Assembly (NCBI GenBank): GCA_964016885.1 | Contig: OZ024757.1 | Span: forward strand, 39,804,001 to 39,868,000 | DNA length: 64,000 nt | DNA from: Eledone cirrhosa | Lineage: Eukaryota | Direction of reading: 5' to 3' | In this document: positions 1 through 15,160 of the stretch, one piece after another | Layout of the letters: the number at the start of each line of letters is the position of its first letter | Position numbering within the stretch: the first letter of the stretch is position 1 | Made by a program: the position numbers and the translations under genes | Notes under the pieces: generated by a model | Told to the model about the DNA's origin: nothing | Seen by the model: only the letters and a program-made list of their open reading frames with translations | Database searches by the model: none

Positions 1-1560
<1,560 letters not shown>

Positions 1561-1939
1561 GTAGGAGGTGAGTTTTATTGTAGTACAATAAAGCAATGCA
1601 GATATCGGATAATAAGCACTCTACAGTTTGTAGGATTGGAGTATACATAATATATAAGAACAAAAGATGGTTAAAATAGTTCCATGCATTTTATTATACG
1701 CATTTGAAAAACAAATATCATCATGCAATAATATTTGTATTTTCATCAGATAAAACATGAAGACATGATATGAAGGTTAAAAAACACTTGTGGATAGTTC
1801 AGTTTTAAATCAACATATCATGTCTTCATGTTTTATTTGATGAAAACACAAATATTATTGCACGATGACATTTGTTTTTGAAATGCGCATAATAAAATAC
1901 ACGGAACTCTTTTAACCATCTTTTGTTCTTATATATTAT
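1561..1939 (-). mobile_element. Hairpin-plus-tail mini-element with an HHR motif in both arms (probable PLE end)
   Basis: Inverted arms about 1647-1772 and 1814-1939. Consensus tgttttat-CTGATGA-helix II-GAAA-tgcgca-TA-ataaaata; each arm has one core lesion. Confidence 0.75.
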
Positions 1940-2639
1940 ATTTATATATATACATACATATATTTATATATATACATACATACATATATTTATAAATACA
2001 TACATATATTTATAAATACATACATATATTTATATATACACATACATACATATATTTATAAATACATACATATATTTATAAATACATACATATATTTATA
2101 TATACAATACATATATTTATATACACATTCATATATTTATATATATATACACATACATATATTTATATATATATACACACACATATATTTATATATATAT
2201 ACACACACATATATTTATATATATATACACACACATACATATATATATATATAAATACATACATATATATATATATATATACACATACATATATATACAC
2301 ATACATATATATATATATACATATATATCCATATATATATACATACATATATATATATATACACACATACATATATATACATATATACACACATACATAT
2401 ATATACATATATATATACATACATATATATATACATACATATATATATACATACATACATATATATATACATACATATATATATACATACATACATATAT
2501 ATATACATACATACATATATATATACATACATATATATATATATATACATACATATATATATACATACATATATATATACATACATACATATATATATAT
2601 ACATATATATATACATACATATATATATATATACATACA

Positions 2640-2680
<41 letters not shown>

Positions 2681-3144
2681 ATATACATATATATACATAT
2701 ATATATACATACATATATATATATATATACATATATATACATATATATATACATACATATATATATATATATACATATATATATACATACATATATATAT
2801 ATATACATATATATATACATACATATATATATATATACATATATATATATACATACATATATACATACATATATATATACATACATATATACATACATAT
2901 ATATATATACATACATATATACATACATATATATATATACATACATATATATATATACATACATATATACACATACATATATACATACATATATATATAT
3001 ATACATACATATATATATATATACATACATATATATATATATACATATATATATATACACATATATATATATATACATATATATATATACACATATATAT
3101 ATATATACATATATATATATACATACATATATATATATACATAC

Positions 3145-3207
<63 letters not shown>

Positions 3208-3340
3208 CATATATATATATACATATATATATATACATATATATATATACATATATATACATATATATATACATACATATATATATATATATACATACAT
3301 ATATATATATATATACATACATATATATATATGTATATAT
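1940..3340. repeat. (TA)n/(TACA)n array
   Basis: Direct inspection. Confidence 0.97.
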
Positions 3341-4595
3341 ATATTTATTAAATAACAGATTAAAGTTTAAGCAAAGAATCGCTGCTTTCACCCTTAACGG
3401 GATCTTCTGAAACTAACAAAGTCAATCTGTAACAATCTGTAACAAAACATAAATTGCACAAAACTTTCCTGTATTACAGCCCCACGTTATACCCTAACGG
3501 ATAGCATGATCTATACGTGGATATTTTACGTCTTGATGTGGGAGCTAAGTATATGTTTTGTTTATTCCTTTACTTATTTGCATAGGTAAGTATATATTAC
3601 CCGTATGTTTTGTGAAGGTATGTATACCTTCTCGTACGTATATTTGACTGTTATAGCGTATAATTTTTACATATTCTGGTATTTAGGGTTTGGCTATGTG
3701 TATACGGGGGTTTTGCGTCCGCGTGAGTGTGCAGGTTCGTACGTATGGTAGGTGTGTGTATATGTGTACTTCTTGTTTTATTTGACTTACGTCTCCGAAC
3801 ATTCGTGTATTTATATGTAGGTATGCGTGTGCGCTTGTTATATACGTATTTATTTACTTATATACGTTTATATAATTATTTATTTATTTGTACACAAGCA
3901 TACACACACACACACATATTTATATGTGCGTGGTTTTGTATACCCATGGTAAGGTTTTGCGTATGCTTGTGTATGTACGTATCTGTTTGCGTGTATGTAT
4001 TTATTTGTTTCTATTACTTCTGTACTGTATTTATTTACTTTGTTCTTAACTCTGTAGCGGAGATTCATTTGGTCTCCTAGTTAGAATTTTAGTCTACGAT
4101 TTCTGCTATACCATTTACGTGGTATTGTCTTTGCGTGCTATTGTTCTCCACGCTCCACATACGACTTATTATCTTCGTTTTTTCGTTCATTGCCAGAGAA
4201 CGTCTCTATGCACCACCTAAGAGAACATTAGTCTACGACCTCTTTTATACCACAAACTTGGTTTTGTCTTTGCGCGTAATTGTTTTTCACCGCTCCTATT
4301 AATGACGTATTATTCGTTTTTTCCCGTTCTTTGCCAGCGAACGTTACCACGAACCAAAGTATCGTCTTCCTGTCTTCCTCCGGTTGCAACGTTTTTTGAT
4401 ATATCCAGTTCTGCGTTTACAGATTGACTTTGTTAGTTTCAGAAGATCCCGTTAAGGGTGAAAGCAGCGATTCTTTGCTTAAACTTTAATCTGTTATTTA
4501 ATAAATATTTGCTCTACGGTTCTTATATATTTGATATATATTCATCCTTATCGAGCCCTCTTTGGATTTTAGTCTTCAATTTTATTATTATTACT
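3341..4595 (+). mobile_element. 1.25 kb non-coding PLE-like insertion (family F): inverted 5' arm plus 3' tail
   Basis: 3341-3432 is the reverse complement of 4417-4508. Arm or tail sequence recurs at 30376-30435, 32899-33030 and 63945-64000. Large TA arrays on both sides. Confidence 0.8.
4419..4494 (+). ncRNA. Variant type I hammerhead motif (CAGAAGA core, CUU site, extended helix I)
   Basis: acagattga(ctttgtt)agttt-CAGAAGA-tccc gttaa gggt-GAAA-gcag cgattct ttgc-TT-aaact ttaatctgt. Confidence 0.6.
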
Positions 4596-4650
4596 ATATA
4601 TACATATATATATATATGTAATACATACACATATATATATATATACATAC

Positions 4651-4683
<33 letters not shown>

Positions 4684-4708
4684 CATACACATATATATAC
4701 ATACATAC

Positions 4709-4739
<31 letters not shown>

Positions 4740-4998
4740 CATACATATATATATATATATATACATACATATATATATATATACATACACATATATATAC
4801 ATACATATATATATATATATATACATACATATATATATATATACATACATATATATATATATACATACATATACATACATACATACACATACATACATAT
4901 ACATATATATATATACATATATATATATACATATATATATATACATATATATATACACATATATATATACATATATATATATACATATATATATATAC

Positions 4999-5045
<47 letters not shown>

Positions 5046-5060
5046 CATATATATATATAC

Positions 5061-5107
<47 letters not shown>

Positions 5108-5523
5108 CATATACATATATATATATATATACATACATACATACACATATATATATACATATATATATACATATATATATATACATATATATATATACAT
5201 ATATATATACATATATACATATATATATATATACATACATACATACATACATATATACATATATATACATACATACAAATACACATATATATATATACAT
5301 ATATATATACATATATATATATACATATATATATATATATTTATATACATATATATATATATATTTATATACATATATATATATATATTTATATACATAT
5401 ATATATATATATTTATATACATATATATATACATATATATATATACATATATATATATACATACATATATATATATACATACATATACATATATATACAT
5501 ACATATATATATATACATACATA

Positions 5524-5555
<32 letters not shown>

Positions 5556-5680
5556 CATATATATATACATACATATATATATACATACATACATATATAT
5601 ATATACATACATACATATATACATACATACATACATATATATACATACATACATACATATATATATACATACATACATAC

Positions 5681-5735
<55 letters not shown>

Positions 5736-6541
5736 CATACATACATATATATATATATATACATATATATACATATATATATACATATATATATACATAT
5801 ATATATACATATATATATACATATATATATACATATATATATACATATATATATACATATATATATACATATATATATACATATATATGTACATATATAT
5901 ATACATATATACATATATATACATACATATATACATATATATACATACATATATATATATATACATACATATATATATACATATATACATATATATACAT
6001 ACATATATATATATATATATATACATACATATATATATATATACATACATACATATATATATATATATACATACATACATATATATATACATACATACAT
6101 ATATATATATATATACATACATATATATATATATACATACATACATATATATATATATATACATACATATATATATATATACATACATATATATATATAT
6201 ATATACATACATATATATATATATACATACATATATATATATATATATATACATACATATATATATATATATATACATACATATATATATATATACATAC
6301 ATATATATATATATACATACATATATATATATATATACATACATATATATATATATATATACATACATATATATATATATATATACATACATATATATAT
6401 ACATATATACATACATATATATATACATACATATATATATATATATACATACATATATATATATATATATACATACATATATATATACATACATATATAT
6501 ATATATATACATACATACATATATATATACATACATATATA

Positions 6542-6615
<74 letters not shown>

Positions 6616-6706
6616 CATACATCCATATACATACATACATACATACACATACATATATATACATGCATACATATATATACATACATACATACATATACAT
6701 ACATAC

Positions 6707-6748
<42 letters not shown>

Positions 6749-6785
6749 ATACATATATACATACATATATATATATACATACATA

Positions 6786-6819
<34 letters not shown>

Positions 6820-6894
6820 CATACATATATATACATACATACATATACATACATATATATATATATACATACATACATATATATATATACATAC

Positions 6895-6931
<37 letters not shown>

Positions 6932-6948
6932 CATACATATATACATAC

Positions 6949-6981
<33 letters not shown>

Positions 6982-7053
6982 CATACATATATACATACAT
7001 ATATATATATATATACATACATATATACATACATATATATATATACATACATA

Positions 7054-7085
<32 letters not shown>

Positions 7086-7313
7086 CATATATATATATAC
7101 ATACATACATATATATATATACATACATACATACATATATATATATACATACATACATATATATATATACATACATACATATATATATATACATACATAT
7201 ATATATATACATACATATATATATATACATACATACATACATATACATACATATATATATATACATACATATATATATATACATACATATATATATATAC
7301 ATACATACATATA

Positions 7314-7354
<41 letters not shown>

Positions 7355-7403
7355 ACATACATATATATATATACATACATACATATATATATATATACAT
7401 ACA

Positions 7404-7444
<41 letters not shown>

Positions 7445-7455
7445 ATATACATACA
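4596..7455. repeat. 2.9 kb (TA)n/(TACA)n array
   Basis: Direct inspection. Confidence 0.97.
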
Positions 7456-7668
7456 TGGTGGCTGCCAACTCGTTTTCGAGTACGGTCACTACATTATATC
7501 CATGTAGGAGAACCCCTACCGATGCGCTGAACGAGTGTGACTTTATAGTCCAGCCAGCGACTTGAAAACTCTGGTACAAACACTACACTTCTGACAATTA
7601 TCGACACATAGTGCTTTGCCTTTGGTACCATGTGACGACAAGTGCAGAGAGATCTCCAGATACAAAGC

Positions 7669-7801
7669 AAAGAAGACAGAAGAAGATGACGAAAGAAGAA
7701 AGAAAAGAAGAAAAGAAGAAGAAAGAAGAAAAAGAAAGAAGAAAAAGAAAGAAGAAAAAGAAAGAAGAAAAAGAAAGAAAAAAGAAGAAGAGAAAGAAGA
7801 A
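7669..7801. repeat. GAA/GAAA purine repeat
   Basis: Direct inspection. Confidence 0.9.
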
Positions 7802-7827
7802 CTCAGGTTGATCCTGATAAAACTTAC

Positions 7828-8053
7828 CCCTTGGAGTAGCTATTCCATAACCCTTGGAATCTAGCAACCCACCAACTTGCATTAGTTTGCAGTTTCTTTG
7901 TACCTGGTAATCTATAGACGTTGATTCACCTAAATATGCGTAACTTTCCGTGAGAACTCGCTTCACTGCTTCCTTATTTGAGGAAACATAAACAGACGGA
8001 GAGGTACTTTTCATAAAGTTAGCCATTTGCTTATAAGTCGGGACATCAGAATC
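7828..8053 (-). CDS. GRIK-like: iGluR exon (S2): DSDVPTYKQM...YAYLGESTSIDYQVQRNCKLMQVGGLLDSKGYGIATPR(G)
   Basis: Acceptor tttcacag, donor gtaagt; 226 nt, phase 0/1. QRNC.L.Q.GGL.DSKGYG is typical of kainate-type receptors. Confidence 0.96.
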
Positions 8054-8157
8054 CTGTGAAAATATACACATAATTGAATATATATATATACATTAGAATA
8101 AAGAAACCTCTCTAGTTATTTTTTGATATACACAATTGAACATATATATATATATAT

Positions 8158-8458
8158 ATTGTTATACTTTGGGAGTGTCATACTGCCAATAAAAACATTT
8201 CATTTATTATAAATTTCCGGTTGGTTGGTCGGTTGGTTCGAAAACCGGAAGATTGTTTATATATAGTCAAAACTCTTTCGTCACACATTCTGTGACCTTC
8301 TTAGTTTCTAGGTTTTTATTTTGTGTATCTGCTTTGTTCTGTCCTACACCATCTTGTTTTTGTGTGTTTGTGTGCATGACCCTCTCAAAGTATAACAATA
8401 TCTGTTTTAACACACGTTTTCAGATAAGAATCCTTTGCAAAACAAATTAAAAAACGAA

Positions 8459-8459
<1 letters not shown>
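8158..8459 (+). mobile_element. Hairpin-plus-tail element family E
   Basis: ttgttatactttgggagtgtcat / atgaccctctcaaagtataacaa inverted pair plus tail; relatives at about 14040-14110 and 52711-53145. Confidence 0.65.
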
Positions 8460-8511
<52 letters not shown>

Positions 8512-8576
8512 GAAAAAAGTGTGTGTGTATATATATATATATAATGAAGAAAGTGTGGTAAGGAACCAGGTGGACC

Positions 8577-8622
<46 letters not shown>

Positions 8623-9454
8623 CATACATAGCAGAGTATAAAAGAATATAAAGAATGAAACAGTTCTAGTCCTGTAGAATCTGTTCTATATATATATATA
8701 TATAAGAAAGAAGAAAAAATCTTAGTAGTTACTCTCAGGTCTCAAATAATAGGGGTGGTGGGGTGGAATGAATGTGGGAGGGGATGAAATATATATATAT
8801 ATGGGGTGAATATTATAGACTACCTGTCAGCTTTCCCTTCCCTCTAAATTGTTGGCTTGTGCCTAAATCAGAAAGCTATATTTCCCTTAAGTATTCTGTG
8901 TTGTATATATTGTGCATATAGGAGTCAATGAAACAGAGTACTAGTTTTATCCTTGGGTTAATGAAGTACAGTACTAGTCATGTACTGGATGATATAAATT
9001 AATCAACTCAACTCTTCTTCTAAATTTTCTGGTCCTGTACCACCTGAATTATAAGAAACTAATACTTTATAGAGTGGTGATTGGCAGAATTGGTAGAGCA
9101 GCAAATAAAATTCCATTTTGTGGTAGTGGGAGCCCTTTACAAGTTCAAATACCACCTATCACTACTTTGTCATTCAGTTTTGATAAAATACAGTACCAGT
9201 CAAGGACTGGGGTTTATTCAATCAACATTGACTTTTGCTCAGAAGTGTTGGCCTTGTATCTAAATCAGGGATCAAAATTGATAAGGATTACTTGTGAATA
9301 TTATGCAGGAAAATGGTAGAATTAAGAGATTTTCAGCAAAGTCACTTGAAACCTTTAACTCAGTCTATTAGAAATAACTAAATCTCCATAAATCACAGAT
9401 CATAGGCAGTCCAGCCATGCCCACCCCTGAAATATTAGAAGATCTTTGGGAAAG

Positions 9455-9835
9455 AAAGAGAGAGAGTGAGGGAGTGAAAGAGAGAGAGAGATAGTAGGAG
9501 TGTGTGAGAGAGAGATAGTGAGGGAGTGAAAGAGTGAGGGAGTGATAGATAGTGAGGGAGTGAAAGAGTGAAACCAGAGGGAGTAGGAGAGACTCAGAGA
9601 GAGATAGTGTTGGTGTGGAAGAGAGAGAGAGAGAGAGAGTGTGGGAGAGAGAGAGAGAGAGAGATAGTGTGGGAGAGAGAGAGAGAGTGTGGGAGAGAGA
9701 GAGAGAGAGAGATAGTGTGGGAGAGAGAGAGATAGTGTGGGAGTGAGAGAGAGATAGTGTGGGAGAGGCTCAGAGAGAGAGAGATAGTGTGGGAGAGGCT
9801 CAGAGAGAGAGAGAGAGAGAGAGAGAGATATAGTG

Positions 9836-9866
<31 letters not shown>

Positions 9867-10139
9867 TAGTGTGGGAGTGAGAGAGAGAGCGAGAGATAGT
9901 GTGGGAGAGAGAGAGAGTGTGGGAGTGAGAGAGAGATAGTGTGGGAGAGGCTCAGACAGAGAGAGATAGTGTGGGAGAGGCTCAGAGAGAGAGATATAGT
10001 GTGGGAGTCAGAGAGAGAGAGAGAGATATAGTGTGGGAGTGAGAGAGAGAGAGAGATATAGTGTGGGAGTCAGAGAGAGAGAGAGATATAGTGTGGGAGT
10101 GAGAGAGAGAGAGATAGTGTTTGAGAGTGAGAGAGAGAA
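9455..10139. repeat. (GA)n with recurring atagtgtggga units
   Basis: Direct inspection. Confidence 0.93.
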
Positions 10140-10168
10140 GGCACAATAAAGTCTATAAAACGATTTAC

Positions 10169-10386
10169 CTCGAAGAATGCTTTAGATGATCCACCGTCCC
10201 GTGTCCCGTAATGTACATCCGTCTGTTTGGCAAGATCTTCGACGCTCTCAATCGTGGTATCCAACCGGTCAATGGTTAAGAAGGCGGCTAAATTTGCCGT
10301 ATAAGAGGATATCATTATTAGAGTGAAGAACCACCAAATTCCGCTGACAATCCGGGTTGACACAGCTCGGGGAGCAACTTCAGATC
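10169..10386 (-). CDS. GRIK-like: iGluR exon (M3, S2 start): (G)[37 protein letters not shown]...GGSSKAFFE
   Basis: Acceptor ttccctag, donor gtaaat; 218 nt, phase 1/0, compatible with both neighbours. SYTANLAAF gating motif. Confidence 0.97.
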
Positions 10387-10455
10387 CTAGGGAAATAAAG
10401 ACATAATAAAAATAACGGTAAGAAAACAATAAAATAATATATAAAACAAAAAAGA

Positions 10456-11020
10456 ATACATACATATATATATATATATACATACACACATACATACATA
10501 TATATACACATACATACATACATATATATACACATACATATATATATATATATACACATACATATATATATATACACATACATACATATATATATATATA
10601 CACATACATATATATATATACACATACATACATATATATATATATACACACACATACATATATATATATACACACACATACATATATATATACACACACA
10701 TACATATATATATATATATACACATACATATATATATATACACATACATACATATATATATACACATACATACATATATATATACACATACATACATATA
10801 TATATACACATACATACATATATATATACACATACATACATATATATATATATACACATACATACATATATATATATACACACATATACATACATATATA
10901 TATATATATACACACATACATACATATATATATATACACACATACATACATACACACACACACACACATACATACATACATATATACACATATATATATA
11001 TATATAGTGATATATATATG
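10456..11020. repeat. (TA)n/(CA)n/(TACA)n array
   Basis: Direct inspection. Confidence 0.95.
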
Positions 11021-11021
11021 T

Positions 11022-11295
11022 ATGTAGCAAAAGGCCGATAAGTCTATTTAAAGCTGGTACAATGCTTAAGAAAATTCGAAGAGTAAATGAAACAAAACAA
11101 AGTAAAGTAATGTTTTACCCAGAATGTTATGCCATGATATTTCGGGGCTAAAACCCCCTTCTCAAATGCAGGGCAGTTTTGTTTTGCATCATTTACACTC
11201 ATTTGCCCTTTGTAATGTTTACGACATTGTACCAGCTTTACTAAAAAACTTATCGGTCACTTACTACATGTCTCACAATGCATTGTGTTAACACT
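11022..11295. mobile_element. Diverged inverted-arm element in (TA)n
   Basis: ccgataagt...taaagctggtacaatg versus cattgtaccagcttta...acttatcgg. Confidence 0.6.
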
Positions 11296-11854
11296 ATATA
11301 TATATATATGTGTGTGTGTATATTTATATATATATATATGTTTATATATATGTGTATCTATATATATATGTGTACACTGATATATATAAACATACTACTA
11401 AACAATATCTGTTTGGTTTTAAATTTTGTTTCATATTTTAACATGCAAAAGAACATTCATTTAATAATATTTAAGGATATTTCATTAGAAAATTGTTAAT
11501 ATATTAATATAATAAGGTTAACGAATTAACAATTCCTAACAGACAAATAAACTACAAAATGAACTACAAAATACATTCCTAATGTGTGTATATCTATATA
11601 TATATATATTGTTTTACCTACAAAAGTTCATAGTTACTGAATATACAACATGATATATTTAGAAGTATTCTACATAAGGCCAATATGCAAAATGACATTT
11701 TTATAGCGAAAAACATATACTTTTGATGCCTCCAAACACACAAGAGCAACTACAGCTAATCTAATCTATAAGTCAAGTGAACTACATATAATTATGTTTT
11801 TGATAAATCTTATTGATACATTTTTCTTGAGCTCTCATTCTGCGTATGTGTATG

Positions 11855-11890
<36 letters not shown>

Positions 11891-12106
11891 TATATAATAT
11901 ACATATATATATGTATATAGATATATCTATATATATATATATATATATAGACATAGATATATCTATATACATATATCTATATGTATATTATATATATCTA
12001 TATCTATATACATATATATCTATATACATATATATCTATATACATATATATCTATATACATATATATCTATATACATATACATATATATCTATATCTATA
12101 TACATA

Positions 12107-12168
<62 letters not shown>

Positions 12169-12484
12169 CATATATATATATCTATATACATATAAGTTGT
12201 AATAAAATGAAAACGAAATTTCATTTCTCACTCTTAGTACGGCACTTACTTAAATGTAAGTATGTATGTATACGTACATACATATATGTATACAGACGTA
12301 CAGTGGCATGCATATATATATATATATATACATACAGGTACACATACATATATGTACGTATCAGTTTAGCGGACGCTTATTATAACGCCCGCTTTGTCCA
12401 TTTGTAAACAAACTGACAGCCTGAATTTATGCCGTACGGTGTTAAGGCAACCACGTCACCTTTTTGTTCAACACTGACACAGGA

Positions 12485-12527
12485 ACGATGTACTAGTTTC
12501 AAGCTTGTTAGCTATCATCAGCACCGT
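12485..12527 (-). ncRNA. Intact minimal type I hammerhead ribozyme motif
   Basis: acggtg-CTGATGA-t agct aaca agct t-GAAA-ctag-TA-catcgt: 6-bp helix I, consensus core, palindromic helix III, GUA site. Confidence 0.82.
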
Positions 12528-12654
12528 ATACCCTTCTGCCAGATGGTTGAACATTCGAAAGTATATACTTTCCTTATGAAAATTAACGGCTGAGCAGCCT
12601 AATTTGCATATCGAGTGAGTTCAGTCGGCCAGGGGCACCGTATACATACATACT

Positions 12655-13180
12655 TACATTTATATACATATATATATATATCTATATACATATATATATA
12701 TCAATATAAATATATATATATCTATATACATATACATATATATCTATATACATATATATCTATACATATATATATATCTATATAAATATATATATATACA
12801 TATATATATATCTATATAAATATATCTATATCTATATAAATATATCTATATAAATATATCTATATAAATATATATATATCTATATAAATATATCTATATA
12901 AATATCTATATATCTATATAAATATCTATATATCTATATAAATATCTATATATCTATATAAATATCTATATATCTATATAAATATCTATATATCTATATA
13001 AATATCTATATATCTATATAAATATATATATATCTATATAAATATATATATATCTATATAAATATATATATATCTATATAAATATATATATATCTATATA
13101 AATATATATATATCTATATACATATATATATATATTTATATAAATATATATTTATATACATAAATATATATTTATATACA
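12655..13180. repeat. TA-derived 20-bp minisatellite (aatatctatatatctatata)
   Basis: Regular 20-nt period over about 12900-13120. Confidence 0.9.
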
Positions 13181-13317
13181 ACGAAGGAAATTTGGTAAGG
13201 AACCAGATGGACCATAATGCACCAAAGTACTCAATACTTAGGGTAGTAGAGTGGGTGATAGGCACAAGAAGGACCCCGACGGCTGAGCTCAAGCCGTTTC
13301 GACGACTAATTCTGGAC
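13181..13317 (-). mobile_element. Family A element, single arm ending at ...ctaattctggac
   Basis: Matches the long arm of 45281-45488. Confidence 0.8.
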
Positions 13318-13801
13318 ACATGTATATAAATATATATATATATGTATATAACTATATATATATGTATATATATATTTATGTATATATGTATATAAATATG
13401 GATATATGTATATAAATATATATATTTATATACATATATATATATTTATATACATATAACCATATTTATATAAATATATACATAAATATATATATACATA
13501 TATATATATATAGTTATATACATATATATATATATTCATATACAAAGTGTTAAAACGATCAAATTTTAGTTTAGAACATTTATTTGCTGACAATTGTTTA
13601 TTCCAGAGGGAAGTCTGCGATCATCAGAGCATAGGGAATGTCAAAACATGTGACTAAAATCCTAGTCATTTAGAAAATTTAGGGTACATAATTGTTTTTA
13701 GTGTCAAAGGCATCATGTGGAGAGTCAGGAGTTAAAAAGATGTTATACTTGAGAGAACATTACTACTTATTACTTTATATACATATATATATATATATAT
13801 A

Positions 13802-14009
13802 TAGGAACGAGTAGGACCCCGACGGCTGAGCTCAAGCCGTTTCGACGGCTAATTCTGGACTAAAAAAAAAAAGTCCAGAATTAGCCGTCGAAACGGCTTG
13901 AGCTCAGCCGTTGGGGTCCTACTCGTTCCTATTACCCACTTTACTACCCTAAGTATTGAGTACTTTGGTGCATTATGGTCCACCTGGTTCCTTACCACAT
14001 TTCCTCTGT

Positions 14010-14010
<1 letters not shown>
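13802..14010 (+). mobile_element. Family A hairpin-plus-tail element with the 3' half of an HHR
   Basis: About 60-bp inverted arms around an A-rich loop; GAAA-cggct tgagctc agccg-TC motif; about 75-bp tail; TA flanks. Confidence 0.85.
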
Positions 14011-14040
<30 letters not shown>

Positions 14041-14129
14041 CGTTTCTGAATTTATTGATACTTTGTTTCTGAATTTATTGGCAACATGACCCTCCCAAAG
14101 CATAACAATATATATATATATATATTTGC

Positions 14130-14463
14130 AGCAGATGAGGTGCTTATATGTGGTTGTTACGTTGTAATCTCGTAAGTAAAAGCCGTTTTCAGCAATCCAA
14201 AAGCACTTCATCTCAGTAGCTTAATTCAGCTAAAAGTTGGTGATGTCAGAGTGTTCACATATCAAATTAAGAGTAGTTAAAAAGAGGTTACTTCCCCATA
14301 ATTGATTTATTAGATGATATATATTTCTGTTACATGGTTATGCATGTGACCTCATCAGATGCTTATGCAATCATAGGTGTAGTTAATGCAATCGTGGGGA
14401 TATGTTACTGGTCATGTATTACAGTCAGCAGACATATTGTTTTCACTACTCTTAATTTGATAT
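14130..14463 (-). mobile_element. Mini-element with a 19-bp inverted arm and an HHR motif at about 14311-14365
   Basis: atatcaaattaagagtagt / actactcttaatttgatat. Minus strand CTGATGA-ggtcacatg cataac catgtaaca-GAAA-tatata-TC. Confidence 0.65.
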
Positions 14464-14480
14464 TTATATTTAATTATAAC

Positions 14481-14723
14481 GTGAACAACACAATATATAA
14501 CTAATCCATTACCAAAGGTTTCAGAATCCTAGACAATATTAATATATGTCTAGATCGTTCATCAGACAGAGATGTTAACCTCTCTGTCTGATGAGAGATC
14601 TAGGGTCCTGAAACCTTTGGTAATGGAGTAGTTATATATTATGTTGTTCACTTTCTTATTAAATAGCTCTGTATTATACATAGAGCACTCTTTTTTCCTT
14701 TGCTTTTTCTTCGGAAATACTTA

Positions 14724-14724
<1 letters not shown>
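14481..14724 (+). mobile_element. Family C hairpin-plus-tail element with an HHR (14582-14628)
   Basis: Arms 14481-14572 and 14581-14651; ctctgt-CTGATGA-...-GAAA-cctttgg-TA-atggag. Confidence 0.75.
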
Positions 14725-14764
<40 letters not shown>

Positions 14765-14976
14765 GTATATATAATAAGGAGATGGAACAATGTATCAATA
14801 TAGCATCATTATCTGTTTCATGTGCGACACACATCCTGCTCCTTTATATTATTATAAACACTCTGCTTCTTAAGGATACGAACTACACTGGAACACTACA
14901 TTGGCAACCAGACCCATATTGGCAATGAGTGCTCAAAACTGGTAAACCAATACTAACTAAATGTTACAGACCAATA

Positions 14977-15011
<35 letters not shown>

Positions 15012-15160
15012 CATGCAGTAGTAAACTATTTATCATACGAGATAATATTTTTATATATTTATATATATTTATATATATTTTAGCAATATAATATAATATA
15101 AGTTTCTTTTTTAGGAATATTTTATTAATATTATGATAACATTATTATTGTTATTATCAG

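Noticed and set aside
7598-7827. ORF extension after ...ATPRG with a Phe/Ser-rich hydrophobic tail resembling a membrane segment
   Set aside because: Read-through past the gtaagt donor into the GAA repeat; not the M4 exon.
9600-10120. Regularly spaced atagtgtggga units resembling a CRISPR array
   Set aside because: Spacers are (GA)n rather than unique sequence; eukaryotic compound microsatellite.
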